DNA of 44,394 nucleotides, taken from assembly GCA_038236965.1 (NCBI GenBank), contig JBBRZF010000005.1, positions 1 to 44,394 of the forward strand, given 5' to 3'. A program made the position numbers and the translations under genes. Shown in pieces: positions 8,626 through 18,294 of this stretch (the first letter of the stretch is position 1; every line of letters begins with the position of its first letter). Origin of the DNA: Terriglobales bacterium. GTDB taxonomy: Bacteria; Acidobacteriota; Terriglobia; Terriglobales; Acidobacteriaceae. The notes under the pieces are model-generated. The model saw nothing but the letters and a program-made list of their open reading frames with translations. It was not told the origin of the DNA and did no database searches.

Positions 8626-8974
8626 AAATGGACGGGTGGGGAGGCGGTTATCGCACGCGGAGTCCGCCGAAAAGTACGGACGCCAGAGAGGTGCGCTGTT
8701 GAATTCGAGACATTCGTGTTTCTCTGTTCGGGGGAACAGGACGGGGATTATATGTCGGATCAATGCAAGGAATGTTGCACATCGAGAGCTGCTGAAAAAA
8801 TATGCAAAAGCACGGGACAGAGCTGCTGAATCCCGGCAAGAACCGAGCGCGGCCGTTGATAACAAGGAAAGTTAACAGGGTGTAACAATCAGCACGCGGT
8901 GTCGATAAAGGTTGCGCGCATGGCGCGGAAGTGTCGTAATTCATTCGCACATTGTTTGCATGAGGAGAACTCTG

Positions 8975-9817
8975 ATGGTGGACTACGGATTTGACCGGAA
9001 CAAGGTTGTGGACATGGATGGAAGAACCTTCCTGCGAGGCGTCGGCGCACTTGTGGGTGGAGTTCTGGTGCTGATACTGGTGTGGGCATCGGTTGCCTAC
9101 GTACCGGCGGGAAACGTTGGTGTGCTTACGCTCTTCGGTCGCGTGACCGGAGATGTGCTGGGGGAAGGCACACACCTGGTAAATCCCTTCAAGGTGAACA
9201 ACACGATGTCGGTTCGCACGCAGACGTTGAAAGAGACGGCGAGCGTGCCTTCCAATGAAGGCCTGATCATCGCGCTGGATACCTCGCTACTGTTCCGACT
9301 GGATGCTTCGCGAGCGTCGGACGTGTATCAGAAGATCGGGCCGAATTATGAAGACGTTGTGGTAGAGCCGAACCTGCGTTCCGTGATTCGCTCGATAACG
9401 GCGATGCACTCGGCGAACGCTCTTTATAGCGGAGCGAGAGAGGAAGTTGCGAAGCAGATGTTCATCGAGCTTTCGGCGGAGATGTCGAAGCGAGGCATCA
9501 TCGTGGAAAACATCCTGTTGCGCGACATCCAATTGCCGCCGACGCTAAAAGCTTCGATCGAATCGAAGCAGCAGGCGGAGCAGGAGTCGCTGGCGATGTC
9601 GTTCCGCCTGCAAAAAGAAAAGCAGGAAGCAGAGCGCAAACGAATCGAGGCGCAAGGCATTCGCGACTTCCAACAGATCGTTGCACAGGGCATCAGTGCG
9701 CAACTGCTGGAGTGGAAAGGCATCGAGGCTACGGAGAACCTTGCGAAGAGTCCTAATGCCAAGATCGTGGTGATAGGCAGCGGGAAGAATGGACTACCGC
9801 TGATATTAGGGCAGTAG
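8975..9817 (+). CDS. SPFH/band-7 (prohibitin/HflC-like) membrane protein
   Basis: ATG at 8975 with a GAGGAG RBS 8 nt upstream. N-terminal TM segment VGALVGGVLVLILVWASVAYV, an SPFH domain and a C-terminal coiled coil (QQAEQESLAMSFRLQKEKQEAERKRIEAQ). Confidence 0.9.
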   Translation: MVDYGFDRNKVVDMDGRTFLRGVGALVGGVLVLILVWASVAYVPAGNVGVLTLFGRVTGDVLGEGTHLVNPFKVNNTMSVRTQTLKETASVPSNEGLIIALDTSLLFRLDASRASDVYQKIGPNYEDVVVEPNLRSVIRSITAMHSANALYSGAREEVAKQMFIELSAEMSKRGIIVENILLRDIQLPPTLKASIESKQQAEQESLAMSFRLQKEKQEAERKRIEAQGIRDFQQIVAQGISAQLLEWKGIEATENLAKSPNAKIVVIGSGKNGLPLILGQ

Positions 9818-9837
9818 AAACGGGCTTGCAAATGGAG

Positions 9838-9870
9838 GGCGCGCGGAAGAAGAAATCCGCGCGCCTTTGC
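9838..9870 (+). terminator. Rho-independent terminator downstream of the SPFH gene
   Basis: GGGCGCGCGGA-AGAAGAAA-TCCGCGCGCC followed by TTTGC; a GC-rich 10-bp stem. Confidence 0.6.
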
Positions 9871-9904
9871 TCACCATGACAAAACAAAATCGATGTGAAC
9901 GCAA

Positions 9905-9932
9905 AACGGCCCGCATTTGCGGACCGTTTTTT
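9905..9932 (-). terminator. Bidirectional terminator hairpin downstream of rplI
   Basis: ACGGCCCGCA-TT-TGCGGACCGT flanked by AAAA on the 5' side and TTTTTT on the 3' side of the plus strand. On the minus strand it follows the rplI stop by about 24 nt and is followed by TTTTG. Confidence 0.65.
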
Positions 9933-9955
9933 AATGCGTGAAGAATTTGCGCGAA

Positions 9956-10417
9956 CTACTCGGCTGCGGCTTCGAGTTCCTTGGTGATAGTGACCTTGAC
10001 CGAGGTGGTGACTTCGCGGTGCAGCTTGATGTTGACCGTGAATTCGCCGAGGGCCTTGAGCGGTTCGTCGAGCTGAATCTTGCGGCGATCGATGTTGAAG
10101 CCGCGGGTCTCGAGTTCGTGAGCGATGTCGGATGAGGTCACGGAACCGAACAGGTGATCCTGTTCGCCGGCCTTGCGGACGAAGTGGAGGCTGACGCCGT
10201 CGAACTGCTTGGCGAGCGATTCGGCATCGCCCTTTTCCTTGGCGGTGCGGCGGACCGAAGATGCCTTCATCTGATCAATCACGGCCTTGTTGGCGGTGGT
10301 AGCTTCGACGGCAAGCTTCTTGGGCAGCAGGAAATTGCGACCGTATCCTTCGGCCACTTTTACCACATCGCCGCGGCTTCCTAGCTTGGCTACGTCTTCC
10401 TTGAGAATGACTTCCAT
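9956..10417 (-). CDS. rplI: 50S ribosomal protein L9
   Basis: MEVILKEDVAKLGSRGDVVKVAEGYGRNFLLPKKLA is the canonical L9 N-terminus; ATG at 10417 with a GAGGGAG RBS. The longer ORF in the track is an upstream extension. Confidence 0.95.
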   Translation of the reverse strand: MEVILKEDVAKLGSRGDVVKVAEGYGRNFLLPKKLAVEATTANKAVIDQMKASSVRRTAKEKGDAESLAKQFDGVSLHFVRKAGEQDHLFGSVTSSDIAHELETRGFNIDRRKIQLDEPLKALGEFTVNIKLHREVTTSVKVTITKELEAAAE

Positions 10418-10513
10418 TGCGGTAACTCCCTCAATTTTTGTTCCGGCCGTGCTGACACGCCGGGAGCGAGCGCCACGCATGAAGGCGGGCGGTCGCGGAC
10501 AACCGGGTCCTGA

Positions 10514-10996
10514 TTACTGGCGTGCCGCGAAGGGCAACAGTGCGATATTGCGCGCCTGCTTAATGGCGTCGGTGACGCGACGCTGGTGCGGGGTGCAGAC
10601 ACCGGTGAGGCGGCGAGGAACGATCTTTCCGCTCTCGGCGACGAACTGCGAGAGAAGACGAACGTCCTTGTAATTGATGTTGTCGATTTTTTCGGTGCAG
10701 AACTTGCACACCTTTTTGCGACGGAAGAACTTGCGGCCACCGCCGCCTCCGCCGCCTTCACGTCCGCCGCCAGCGCCGCCGGGGCGCGGGCCAGAGCCGG
10801 GACGTCCGCCGCCACCGCCGCCAGGACGCGAACCGCCGCCGCCCATACGGGGGCCGGAAGAAGAACGCTCGCCTGCGGGACGCTCAGGACGGTCGCCCGC
10901 GGGACGGTCGCCCGCCGGGCGTTCGGGACGCTCGCTCGGAGTGGATGCCGCCGGGGTCGACTCGGGTGCTGCGGGTTTCGTAGTTTCGTCTGCCAT
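10514..10996 (-). CDS. rpsR: 30S ribosomal protein S18 with an RGG/Pro-rich N-terminal extension of about 90 aa
   Basis: The conserved core [69 protein letters not shown] sits at the C-terminus. ATG at 10996 with a strong AAGGAGAG RBS. The N-terminus is low-complexity: [20 protein letters not shown] then [38 protein letters not shown]. Confidence 0.9.
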   Translation of the reverse strand: MADETTKPAAPESTPAASTPSERPERPAGDRPAGDRPERPAGERSSSGPRMGGGGSRPGGGGGGRPGSGPRPGGAGGGREGGGGGGGRKFFRRKKVCKFCTEKIDNINYKDVRLLSQFVAESGKIVPRRLTGVCTPHQRRVTDAIKQARNIALLPFAARQ

Positions 10997-11104
10997 AACT
11001 CTCCTTATATCGGCCACTGCGGCATCGCCGCCGGCCGTTGGCGCGCATCGCGCCTTGGTACGCGCGGGCCTAAAGGCCTCGCGCTCAAATACTGCAAAAA
11101 CGGT

Positions 11105-11560
11105 TTACGCTTCTGTCGGCGCTTCGGTGGTAACCGGAGCTGGGGTCGCGGCCGGAGCTGGGACGGGTTCCGCGGCGGCAGCGGCTTCGGCGGCAGCCTG
11201 GGCATTGCGGCCCTGACCCTTCACCTTGCTGTCGCGCAGAGCCTTGATCTTGCCGAGACGCTTGGCGTCTACGTCGGTGCGGACGGTGATGAACTTGATC
11301 ACCTGTTCCATGACACCGAGACGGCGTTCGATCTCCTTGACCATGGCGCCGGTACCTTCGACGCTGACGAGGACGTAGTTGCCGTCCTGGAATTTGCCGA
11401 CCGAGTAAGCGAGGCGGCGCTTGCCCATGCGTTCCGTGTTGGTGACGGTACCGCCGGCGGTGTTGATGTTGGTTTCAATGGTGGAAACCAGCTTGTCGAA
11501 CTCTTCGTCGATAACGTCAGGACGAACGATGAACATGACTTCGTAAGTGCGTTGCAACAT
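11105..11560 (-). CDS. rpsF: 30S ribosomal protein S6 (Ala/Pro-rich acidic C-terminal tail)
   Basis: MLQRTYEVMFIVRPDV...GKRRLAY is the canonical S6 fold sequence; ATG at 11560 with a TAGGAGAA RBS. Confidence 0.95.
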   Translation of the reverse strand: MLQRTYEVMFIVRPDVIDEEFDKLVSTIETNINTAGGTVTNTERMGKRRLAYSVGKFQDGNYVLVSVEGTGAMVKEIERRLGVMEQVIKFITVRTDVDAKRLGKIKALRDSKVKGQGRNAQAAAEAAAAAEPVPAPAATPAPVTTEAPTEA

Positions 11561-11754
11561 TCTTTTCTCCTAAGGACCTCGCGCTCGGCGTTGGGCCCTC
11601 GCGTTCGGCTCAGGCGGACAGCCCTGGCCGTCCGCTTTCAATCTTTTTCGGAGGATCGCGATCGCTCGCGTCGTCCGCTTGCTAGTGCCGCTTGCTCTTC
11701 CTTACCGCCGCGCTGGTTGGCGCCGGGCGGGTGTTGATTCTGTTGCAGCGGAAC

Positions 11755-12348
11755 CTAACTCTTGCCTGCGTCCTGCCCTGCCACCTTCCGGTTGAACCGG
11801 TTCATGGCCCTGCTGACGCCATCGGTGAGAATGATGGTTACCGCCTGTGAAGCCGCGTCCAATGCCTGGTCGACGACTTCGTACTGTGACTTCTTCAACT
11901 GCGACAGCACATAACGGGCTCCGTCGCTTATGGGATGATCGGGAGCTATCCCGATACGAATCCGCATAAACTCCTGCGTTCCGACCGCGCCGATGATGGA
12001 CTCGACGCCGTTGTGTCCGCCGGAGCTGCCGCGCTGCCGAACCCTTATGCTGCCGAAGGGAAGATCGAGTTCGTCATAAATGACGACCAGATCCCGTTCG
12101 ACATTGGCCTCATACTTCGTTACCAGTTCGCGTACCGAAGTACCGCTGAGGTTCATGTAGGTTTCCGGCTTCGCCAGCAAAACCTCTTCGCCAGCGATGC
12201 GCGCCCGAGCGGTCAACGCCCGGCAGTGCCGGTTCTCAACCTTGACTCCGCATTGCTCGGCGATGCGGTCGATGGCGAGGAACCCGAGATTGTGCGGGGT
12301 AAGCTGATACTCGATTCCCGGATTTCCAAGTCCGACAATGAGCTTCAC
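11755..12348 (-). CDS. pth: Peptidyl-tRNA hydrolase
   Basis: KLIVGLGNPG...HNLGF...GGHNG motifs. Start assigned to the GTG at 12348 (VKLIVGLGNPG, GAGGGA about 10 nt upstream) by alignment with the E. coli Pth N-terminus. The track ORF begins at a TTG at 12411, which is an alternative. Confidence 0.88.
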   Translation of the reverse strand: MKLIVGLGNPGIEYQLTPHNLGFLAIDRIAEQCGVKVENRHCRALTARARIAGEEVLLAKPETYMNLSGTSVRELVTKYEANVERDLVVIYDELDLPFGSIRVRQRGSSGGHNGVESIIGAVGTQEFMRIRIGIAPDHPISDGARYVLSQLKKSQYEVVDQALDAASQAVTIILTDGVSRAMNRFNRKVAGQDAGKS

Positions 12349-12413
12349 GCTTTCCGCATCCCTCGTTCCTCGCCCCGCGACCGCAGCCGTGGAGTGTGTC
12401 CAGAACCGCAAAA

Positions 12414-13136
12414 CTACTTCTTGCCCTTCTCTTCGGTTTTCTTGCCCTTCTCTTCCGTGGCAGCACCTTCGGTTTCCGTCTTGCCCTTCTTGATGACTTC
12501 GGGCTCGGCAGGACCGGCGGCAGCATCCACAGCAGCAGCGTCCGGGGTAGCGACGACTTCTTCCTTGATCTGCGTAAGGTGGACGACCATTGCGTTTTCG
12601 TCCGAAAGAATGTTGATCTTTTCGTTCTTCGGCAAGTCGGAGACGCGGATGTTGACGCCGAATACGAGGTTGCTGATATCGACCTCGATGTGGCTAGGGA
12701 TGTCGGCGGGCAAACACTCGATTTCGACCTCGCGCAAGACATGCTCCAACACACCGCCCTGCGTCTTGACGCCGAGGGCTTCGCCCATGAGGGTGATAGG
12801 AACCTTGAGGGTGAGCATCTTGTCCATGGCGATGCGCTTAAGGTCGCAGTGCAGCAAGGAACCCTTGATGGGTTCGAACTGCCAGTCGACGATCATGGCC
12901 TTGGCGTTCGCGCCTTCGACGTTGACGTCGAAGATGGTGTTGTGGCCGGTCTCCGAATACAGGATGCGAAGCATCTGCTTGGGATCGACAGTGATGGTCA
13001 TGGGTTCCAGACCCGCGCCATAAAGCACGGCGGGGACAAGGCCAGTGACGCGTACGCGGCGCGCGTCGTTCTTAACGCCGGCGATGCGCTTTTTCGCTTC
13101 CACTGTATTGTTTTGCGGCTTGGTTGCAGTTGCCAT
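12414..13136 (-). CDS. rplY: 50S ribosomal protein L25 / general stress protein Ctc (long form with a Lys/Glu-rich C-terminal tail)
   Basis: L25/Ctc two-domain architecture; ATG at 13136 with a GAGGAA RBS. C-terminal tail KKGKTETEGAATEEKGKKTEEKGKK. Confidence 0.9.
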   Translation of the reverse strand: MATATKPQNNTVEAKKRIAGVKNDARRVRVTGLVPAVLYGAGLEPMTITVDPKQMLRILYSETGHNTIFDVNVEGANAKAMIVDWQFEPIKGSLLHCDLKRIAMDKMLTLKVPITLMGEALGVKTQGGVLEHVLREVEIECLPADIPSHIEVDISNLVFGVNIRVSDLPKNEKINILSDENAMVVHLTQIKEEVVATPDAAAVDAAAGPAEPEVIKKGKTETEGAATEEKGKKTEEKGKK

Positions 13137-13232
13137 AATTCCGTTCCTCTACTGCCGCAGGCCGAAAACGCGACCGCGGTCGATTGCAGATTCTGAGCGG
13201 GACGAATCCCGCGCAGTGAGTGCAGGCAGGGC

Positions 13233-14330
13233 CTACACGAAAAGCTTGCTGACTGAAGTTTCTTCGTGGATCGACTGGATGGCTCGGGCAATAAGCCCGG
13301 CAATCGAGAGCACCCTGATCTTGGGCTCGTTTCGACCCGCTTCGCTCAGCGGAATGGTGTTGGTCACAATCAACTGCTTCAGGTCTGAATTGGCGATACG
13401 CTCCAACGCAGGTCCCGAGAGCACCGGGTGCGACGCACACGCATACACTTCATTCGCGCCGTTTTCCAACAGCGCGCTCACCGTCTTCACCAGGGTTCCG
13501 GCGGTGTCGATGATGTCGTCGATGATCAAACACGTGCGGCCGCGTACATCGCCGATCACGTGCATCACTTCCGTCACATTCATTTCCGTACGACGTTTAT
13601 CCACGATAGCCAGGGCCGAATCCATTTTTTTGGCGAAGAAGCGCGCGCGCTCCACGCCGCCGGCGTCGGGAGAGACGACGGTGAGATCGGGCAATTCCAG
13701 CTTGCGGAAGAAATCCACCAGCACCGGGGACGCGAACAGATGGTCCACGGGGATGTTGAAGAATCCTTGGATCTGGGGCGCATGCAGATCGACGACGAGG
13801 GCGCGATCGGCGCCAGCGGTGGTCAACAGGTCGGCCACCAGTTTGGAGGAGATGGGAACACGCGGCTTGTCCTTGCGGTCCTGCCGGGCGTAACCGAAAT
13901 AAGGGATGACGACGGTGATGCGGCGCGCGGAGGCGCGTTTGAGCGCGTCGATCATCAGCAGCAATTGCATCAGGTTGTGAGCGACGGGGTCGCAGGTGGG
14001 CTGCAGGATGAAGACATCGTTGCCGCGCACGTTTTCGAGGATCTGGACATAGATCTCGCCGTCGGAAAACTGGGTAAGCTGGGACTGGCCGACGGGCATG
14101 CCGAGGAAGTCGCAAACCTCTTTGGCCAACGCCGGATTCGACGTTCCGCAGAATATCTTGAACTTGTCGTCTTGACGCGCGCGAACGGGTTTCTTTTCGT
14201 TCCTGGGGTCAATCTTCGATTTATCGGCTGCTGCTGTTGCAGTACCCATGGCGTCTCCCATGCCCGTGGTTGCGGGCTCTGGCGTTCCGGTCATTGGTGC
14301 TACTACGCTGGTTTTTGCTGCCGTGTCCAT
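13233..14330 (-). CDS. prs: Ribose-phosphate pyrophosphokinase (PRPP synthetase)
   Basis: [16 protein letters not shown]...[11 protein letters not shown]...[12 protein letters not shown]...PRPP-binding loop [11 protein letters not shown]. In-frame ATGs at 14330, 14294, 14261 and 14249 precede the conserved core, so the true start is uncertain; 14249 has a GGGAGA RBS-like element. Confidence 0.93.
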   Translation of the reverse strand: MDTAAKTSVVAPMTGTPEPATTGMGDAMGTATAAADKSKIDPRNEKKPVRARQDDKFKIFCGTSNPALAKEVCDFLGMPVGQSQLTQFSDGEIYVQILENVRGNDVFILQPTCDPVAHNLMQLLLMIDALKRASARRITVVIPYFGYARQDRKDKPRVPISSKLVADLLTTAGADRALVVDLHAPQIQGFFNIPVDHLFASPVLVDFFRKLELPDLTVVSPDAGGVERARFFAKKMDSALAIVDKRRTEMNVTEVMHVIGDVRGRTCLIIDDIIDTAGTLVKTVSALLENGANEVYACASHPVLSGPALERIANSDLKQLIVTNTIPLSEAGRNEPKIRVLSIAGLIARAIQSIHEETSVSKLFV

Positions 14331-14376
14331 TTATTCTGCGCCGTCTCTTGGATCGGTTTTACTTACAAAAGTCATA

Positions 14377-14450
14377 TGGCTGGGCGACTAGGATTCGAAC
14401 CTAGACAAAGTGCGTCAAAGGCACTTGACCTACCATTAGTCGATCGCCCA
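14377..14450 (-). tRNA. tRNA-Gln (anticodon UUG)
   Basis: Hand-folded cloverleaf: acceptor stem TGGGCGA/TCGCCCA (7 bp, U1-A72), D stem GACT/GGTC, anticodon stem AGTGC/GCACT with loop CTTTGAC (anticodon TTG), variable loop TTGT, T stem CTAGG/CCTAG with loop TTCGAAT, discriminator G and encoded CCA; 74 nt. Confidence 0.9.
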
Positions 14451-14549
14451 AAAAAAGCTGTCAGGCTTCAGCTATCAGCCGTCAGTAAGAACTCTGACCC
14501 ACTAGGCTGTCAGCTAGAACTTTGAAGCTGCGGGTTGATTCGGGATGAA

Positions 14550-15551
14550 CTATCCGAAGCTCTGTTCCCAATAATTTGGCCGAGACAAGGTTTTGGTGGA
14601 CTGGGCGGGGATTCCGGAAGCGCGCATTTTTTCAGCAGCGCGATCAGCGGTAATCTGGTCCGCAAAAAGCCCGTAAACCGTGGACCCGGAACCTGAAAGC
14701 GAGGCATACTTCGCCCCTTCACGTTCCAAAACACGCTTCACGTCACGAAGTTCGGGATACTCTGGGAAGACGACTCTTTCGAAATCGTTTTCGATCCCGG
14801 CTCGGACAAGGTCGAGAAGCAGCGTCTCGGCCCGGTCCCCGCTCTTAGCGGGAACACCGGATGACTGGGACAACCCGCTCAGCCAATCAAAAGCTGTATG
14901 ACTGAACTGCTTGATTGTATCGAACTGGGTCTCCGGCGTCAATTTAGGATCGCGGCGTGCTGCGGCCTCTCCAGCTTTTTCCACCATGAAGGCGTCCCAC
15001 TTCTTGAAAGCGAAGGGTGTTGAAACGCCTACATCGGGGGTTGCGACGACGCAGGGAAACTCCGGCAGGTCGGCCAAGGGATAGACCTCCTCACCACGAC
15101 TGCAGCCGAAGACGGCGCCACCGAGGAGGAATAAAGGCAGATCGGAGCCCACCTCGGCGCAGATACGGAGGCGTTCGAGCGGGGAGAGTGCCACCTTGAG
15201 CGAGCGCTCCATGGCGAACATGGTGGCGACCGCATTGGAGGAAGCGCCGCCCATTCCGCCCTGGACGGGGAGCGATTTCTCAATCTGTATGACGACCTTG
15301 CTGCGCACCTTCAAGGCCTTGAGGACGCGCTCGGCCATGCGATAGCAGGTGTTGGTCTCGTCGGTGGGCACCGCAGGATTCTTGCTGCGAACTTCTATGC
15401 CGGAACCGGTGCGCGGAGTGTCCACTCGCACGGTGTCGTGCAGAGCCACCGTGTGATAGATAGTGCGCAACTCGTGAAATCCATCGGGGCGAAGACGACC
15501 GATGGCGAGCCCGATATTAATCTTGGCGAAGGAACGGACGGCAATAGGCAT
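14550..15551 (-). CDS. ispE: 4-diphosphocytidyl-2-C-methyl-D-erythritol kinase
   Basis: GHMP-kinase family: AKINIGLAIGRLRPDGFHEL N-terminus and the glycine-rich ATP loop PVQGGMGGASSNAV. Its position upstream of prs is the conserved ispE-prs linkage. Confidence 0.9.
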   Translation of the reverse strand: MPIAVRSFAKINIGLAIGRLRPDGFHELRTIYHTVALHDTVRVDTPRTGSGIEVRSKNPAVPTDETNTCYRMAERVLKALKVRSKVVIQIEKSLPVQGGMGGASSNAVATMFAMERSLKVALSPLERLRICAEVGSDLPLFLLGGAVFGCSRGEEVYPLADLPEFPCVVATPDVGVSTPFAFKKWDAFMVEKAGEAAARRDPKLTPETQFDTIKQFSHTAFDWLSGLSQSSGVPAKSGDRAETLLLDLVRAGIENDFERVVFPEYPELRDVKRVLEREGAKYASLSGSGSTVYGLFADQITADRAAEKMRASGIPAQSTKTLSRPNYWEQSFG

Positions 15552-15701
15552 ATCGAAAGCATTGTACTTCGATTCAAGAAGGAGGTACTAGGGGCCCGGG
15601 GAAATCGAGCACAGAGGAAGGGGTGAGGGTCGCCGGCGAAGACAAAGGCTGGATTCGACTACGGCGCAAAAGCGCGCCTCCGGTCACCGTGACAAAGATC
15701 A

Positions 15702-15749
15702 GGCGAGCTGCGCTGGCCCGCCACGGACGGGGCGTCCGGGCCCACGCGG
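15702..15749 (+). repeat. Dispersed double-hairpin repeat, copy 2 of 4
   Basis: GGCGAGCTGCGCTGGCCCGCCACGGACGGGGCGTCCGGGCCCACGCGGG. Like copy 1 it is followed by a purine-rich (GGCAAG)n-like tract (15750-15786). It lies between ispE and the outer-membrane protein gene. Confidence 0.8.
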
Positions 15750-15791
15750 GCAAGGCAAGATCAAAGGCAAGAAGCAAGGGCCAAAAGTAAA

Positions 15792-18158
15792 TTAGTAGCG
15801 GAACATGTAGGAGAGTTTGACGAAGACCAGTCTGGAGTCGTTGACGAAGCGGGTGCGGCGAATGACTTCTCCATTGGAGTTCATGGCCAGGTTGGGATCG
15901 AGGTTGGCCATGTTGCTGTTGTATCCCACATAGAGGGCGGTGCCGGGATGCAAGAGATAGGTCATAAGGAAATCGGCGTTGAAGCCCTTGGCGCGTTGGA
16001 GATAGGTAAGCGCAGGATTGGCGAGGTTGGCGCCGTACTGTCCGATGAAGCGCAGGGAGAGTTCGCGATTGAACTGGTAGTTCCACTTGGAGCGTATGAC
16101 GTGGGTGTTCAACTGCGAGAGTCCGGCCTTGGGATCGTAGAGACGCTCGAACAAGTACTTGTTATCGATGCGCAGGCGCGACATCGGCTTGATGGTGGTG
16201 CCGACTTCCATCGAATCGTCGTGAACGCGGCGCGGCGCTTGTCCGATGGGCGGGGCGTCGAAGATGCCGAGGGTGGCGTAGCTGATGGCGAGTTCTCGCT
16301 CGACCGAAGCGTGGAAGCCAATCTTTTGGAAGTGATTGCTCTCGAAGTAAACGAAGTAGTTCGCGGTTGAATATTGCTTGTTCGCCGCGAGAGAGCTGAA
16401 GTCCTGCGGCCGCAAGCCTTCGGTGCCGAAGCCGCTGCCTATGTCGATGAAACTCTGTCCCTTGAAATTGACGTTGTACTCGAGGTACTGCCAGGAGTTG
16501 AGGCGGAATCCCTGGTGGTCGTAGGCGCGATTGAAGCCCGAGTAAAGACCGTGGCTATCGATGATGGATTTCTTTGGGAACCATCTGTAGCCGAAGCCCT
16601 GCTGGAACTGGCGATAGTCGGGGCGCTTGAAGAATCCCGTCTGGGTGACGAAACCGACTGAGGTGTCACTGAAGACGGTGTTCATGCTGAAATGGCGTGC
16701 GGTTCGCTTGATCTGCGCGAAATAGAGTGGACCGGCAGCGGTGGTGCCATCGTCGAAACGGGTGGAGGAGGTTAACACCTGGAAGCTGGAAACCCAGTTG
16801 GCGTTGAGTTTGAAGCGTCCGTCCATGCCGCCGACGCGGTTAAACGCGCCGTTGTATTCGCGGTCGGTGTAGATCATGCCGAGAGTGGACTGGTTGGAGA
16901 TGTCGCGCTGCACGCGCACGACGTTGAAATAAGCGCGCGAATCGAAGAGTGGGTCATTGTCGGGCAGAATGCGTCCCGGGGATTTATCGTCGGCGAACAA
17001 CATTCCAATGGAGTAGGGGCCGGCCTTGCCGGAGAGACGCACGCCGAAATCAGGGTCGGAGATGCGGCGGGTAAAGACCAGGTTGATGGGCGTGGTGAAG
17101 TAGCTGGCGTTCTCGATAAAGAACGGCCGTTTTTCCGGATAGAAAGTTTCGAAGCGGCGGTTGGCGGTGGTCTGCGGTTCGTCGGATTCGACCTGGCTGA
17201 AGTCAGGCTTGACGGTGGCATCGAGTACGAGCGCGTCCTTCAAGACGATCTTGGAATCGAGCCCCATCTCGCCCTTGAGGTCTTTGCGTTCATAACGCGG
17301 GTTGTTGAGGTCGCGCAGGTCGGGCGCGCGATAGGAGGCCAATGTGGAATGAGGAGTGAACTGCATGTTGCGGCCGGGAGAGATGTTCTCCAGCCCTTTC
17401 ATGACTCCCTCTTGATTGAGGCGACCTTCGACCTTGTTTGAATATTGCGGCCAGAAATTTTCTTCGCTGTTTCGCGGGATGTCGCGATTGAGCATGAGTC
17501 CCCAGCTCTGCTGAGGGCGCGAGGGAAAGCGGAGGGTCTTGAATGGAATGGCCATCCAGACGACATAACCCTGCGTCGTAATCTTTCCGCGTGAAGACCA
17601 GACGGCGTCCCAGGACATGTCCCAGTTCTGCCCTTCGGTCCAGATGCCGTCTGCCTGCACGCCCAAGGGGTTGGACATGAATCCGTAGGAGCGGCGCTGG
17701 TCGGCGAAGGTGTCGAGCATGATCTCGGCGTTCTCGTCGCCGAAGGCGTCCTCGCGTTTGGCCATGTGTCCGCGGATCTTGCTGGGCTCGGTATCGAAGC
17801 AGACGAAGACGGCGTAGAAATTTTTCTGGTCGTAGCCGAGGTAAACTTCGGTCTTTTGCGAAGAAGGTTCGCCGTCGTGCGGATTGTGCTGGCGGAATTT
17901 ATCGACCATGGCCATGCGTCCGTCGGCGAAATCGGGATGCGGCTTCATGGAGAGGAAGTCTTCGAGGGTGGGCGGACGGGAGACGCGCGGGATGGTGACG
18001 GAACCGTTGACGGTCAGCTTTTCAATAAGGGCCTGGGCGCGCGCGATGGGCGCAGAGCTGGCGAAGAGGAAGAGCGCGATAAAGAGTGCGAAACAAGACC
18101 GTGCGTGACGCAAAAGGAGAACCTCGGACGACTCGGGGCTCGAGGCGCAAAAGCGCAC
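15792..18158 (-). CDS. Large outer-membrane beta-barrel protein (DUF5916 / carbohydrate-binding-family-9-like N-terminal domain)
   Basis: 788 aa. GTG start at 18158 with a GGGGAGG RBS. Signal peptide ...CFALFIALFLFASSAPIARA. Alternating-hydrophobic beta-strand character throughout and a C-terminal aromatic terminus ...KLSYMFRY typical of OM beta-barrels. The family assignment is from memory of similar Bacteroidota/Acidobacteriota proteins. Confidence 0.75.
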   Translation of the reverse strand: MRFCASSPESSEVLLLRHARSCFALFIALFLFASSAPIARAQALIEKLTVNGSVTIPRVSRPPTLEDFLSMKPHPDFADGRMAMVDKFRQHNPHDGEPSSQKTEVYLGYDQKNFYAVFVCFDTEPSKIRGHMAKREDAFGDENAEIMLDTFADQRRSYGFMSNPLGVQADGIWTEGQNWDMSWDAVWSSRGKITTQGYVVWMAIPFKTLRFPSRPQQSWGLMLNRDIPRNSEENFWPQYSNKVEGRLNQEGVMKGLENISPGRNMQFTPHSTLASYRAPDLRDLNNPRYERKDLKGEMGLDSKIVLKDALVLDATVKPDFSQVESDEPQTTANRRFETFYPEKRPFFIENASYFTTPINLVFTRRISDPDFGVRLSGKAGPYSIGMLFADDKSPGRILPDNDPLFDSRAYFNVVRVQRDISNQSTLGMIYTDREYNGAFNRVGGMDGRFKLNANWVSSFQVLTSSTRFDDGTTAAGPLYFAQIKRTARHFSMNTVFSDTSVGFVTQTGFFKRPDYRQFQQGFGYRWFPKKSIIDSHGLYSGFNRAYDHQGFRLNSWQYLEYNVNFKGQSFIDIGSGFGTEGLRPQDFSSLAANKQYSTANYFVYFESNHFQKIGFHASVERELAISYATLGIFDAPPIGQAPRRVHDDSMEVGTTIKPMSRLRIDNKYLFERLYDPKAGLSQLNTHVIRSKWNYQFNRELSLRFIGQYGANLANPALTYLQRAKGFNADFLMTYLLHPGTALYVGYNSNMANLDPNLAMNSNGEVIRRTRFVNDSRLVFVKLSYMFRY

Positions 18159-18294
18159 AGTCCTCCCCGGACATATGTAAGACGGGTAACTACAACTTAG
18201 GTTAGGCGAAAAACGGGGAAATGTCAGTTAGAAGAAGACCTGAGATGGGTACTTAGGCGAACAGGGGCTATAAAGCCCCGTACTCGACGGCGCG

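Noticed and set aside
13195-13211. Hairpin GCGGGA-CGAA-TCCCGC downstream of prs, as a possible terminator.
   Set aside because: There is no U-tract on either strand after the stem. prs and rplY are probably co-transcribed (the ctc-prs linkage), so I did not call it a terminator.
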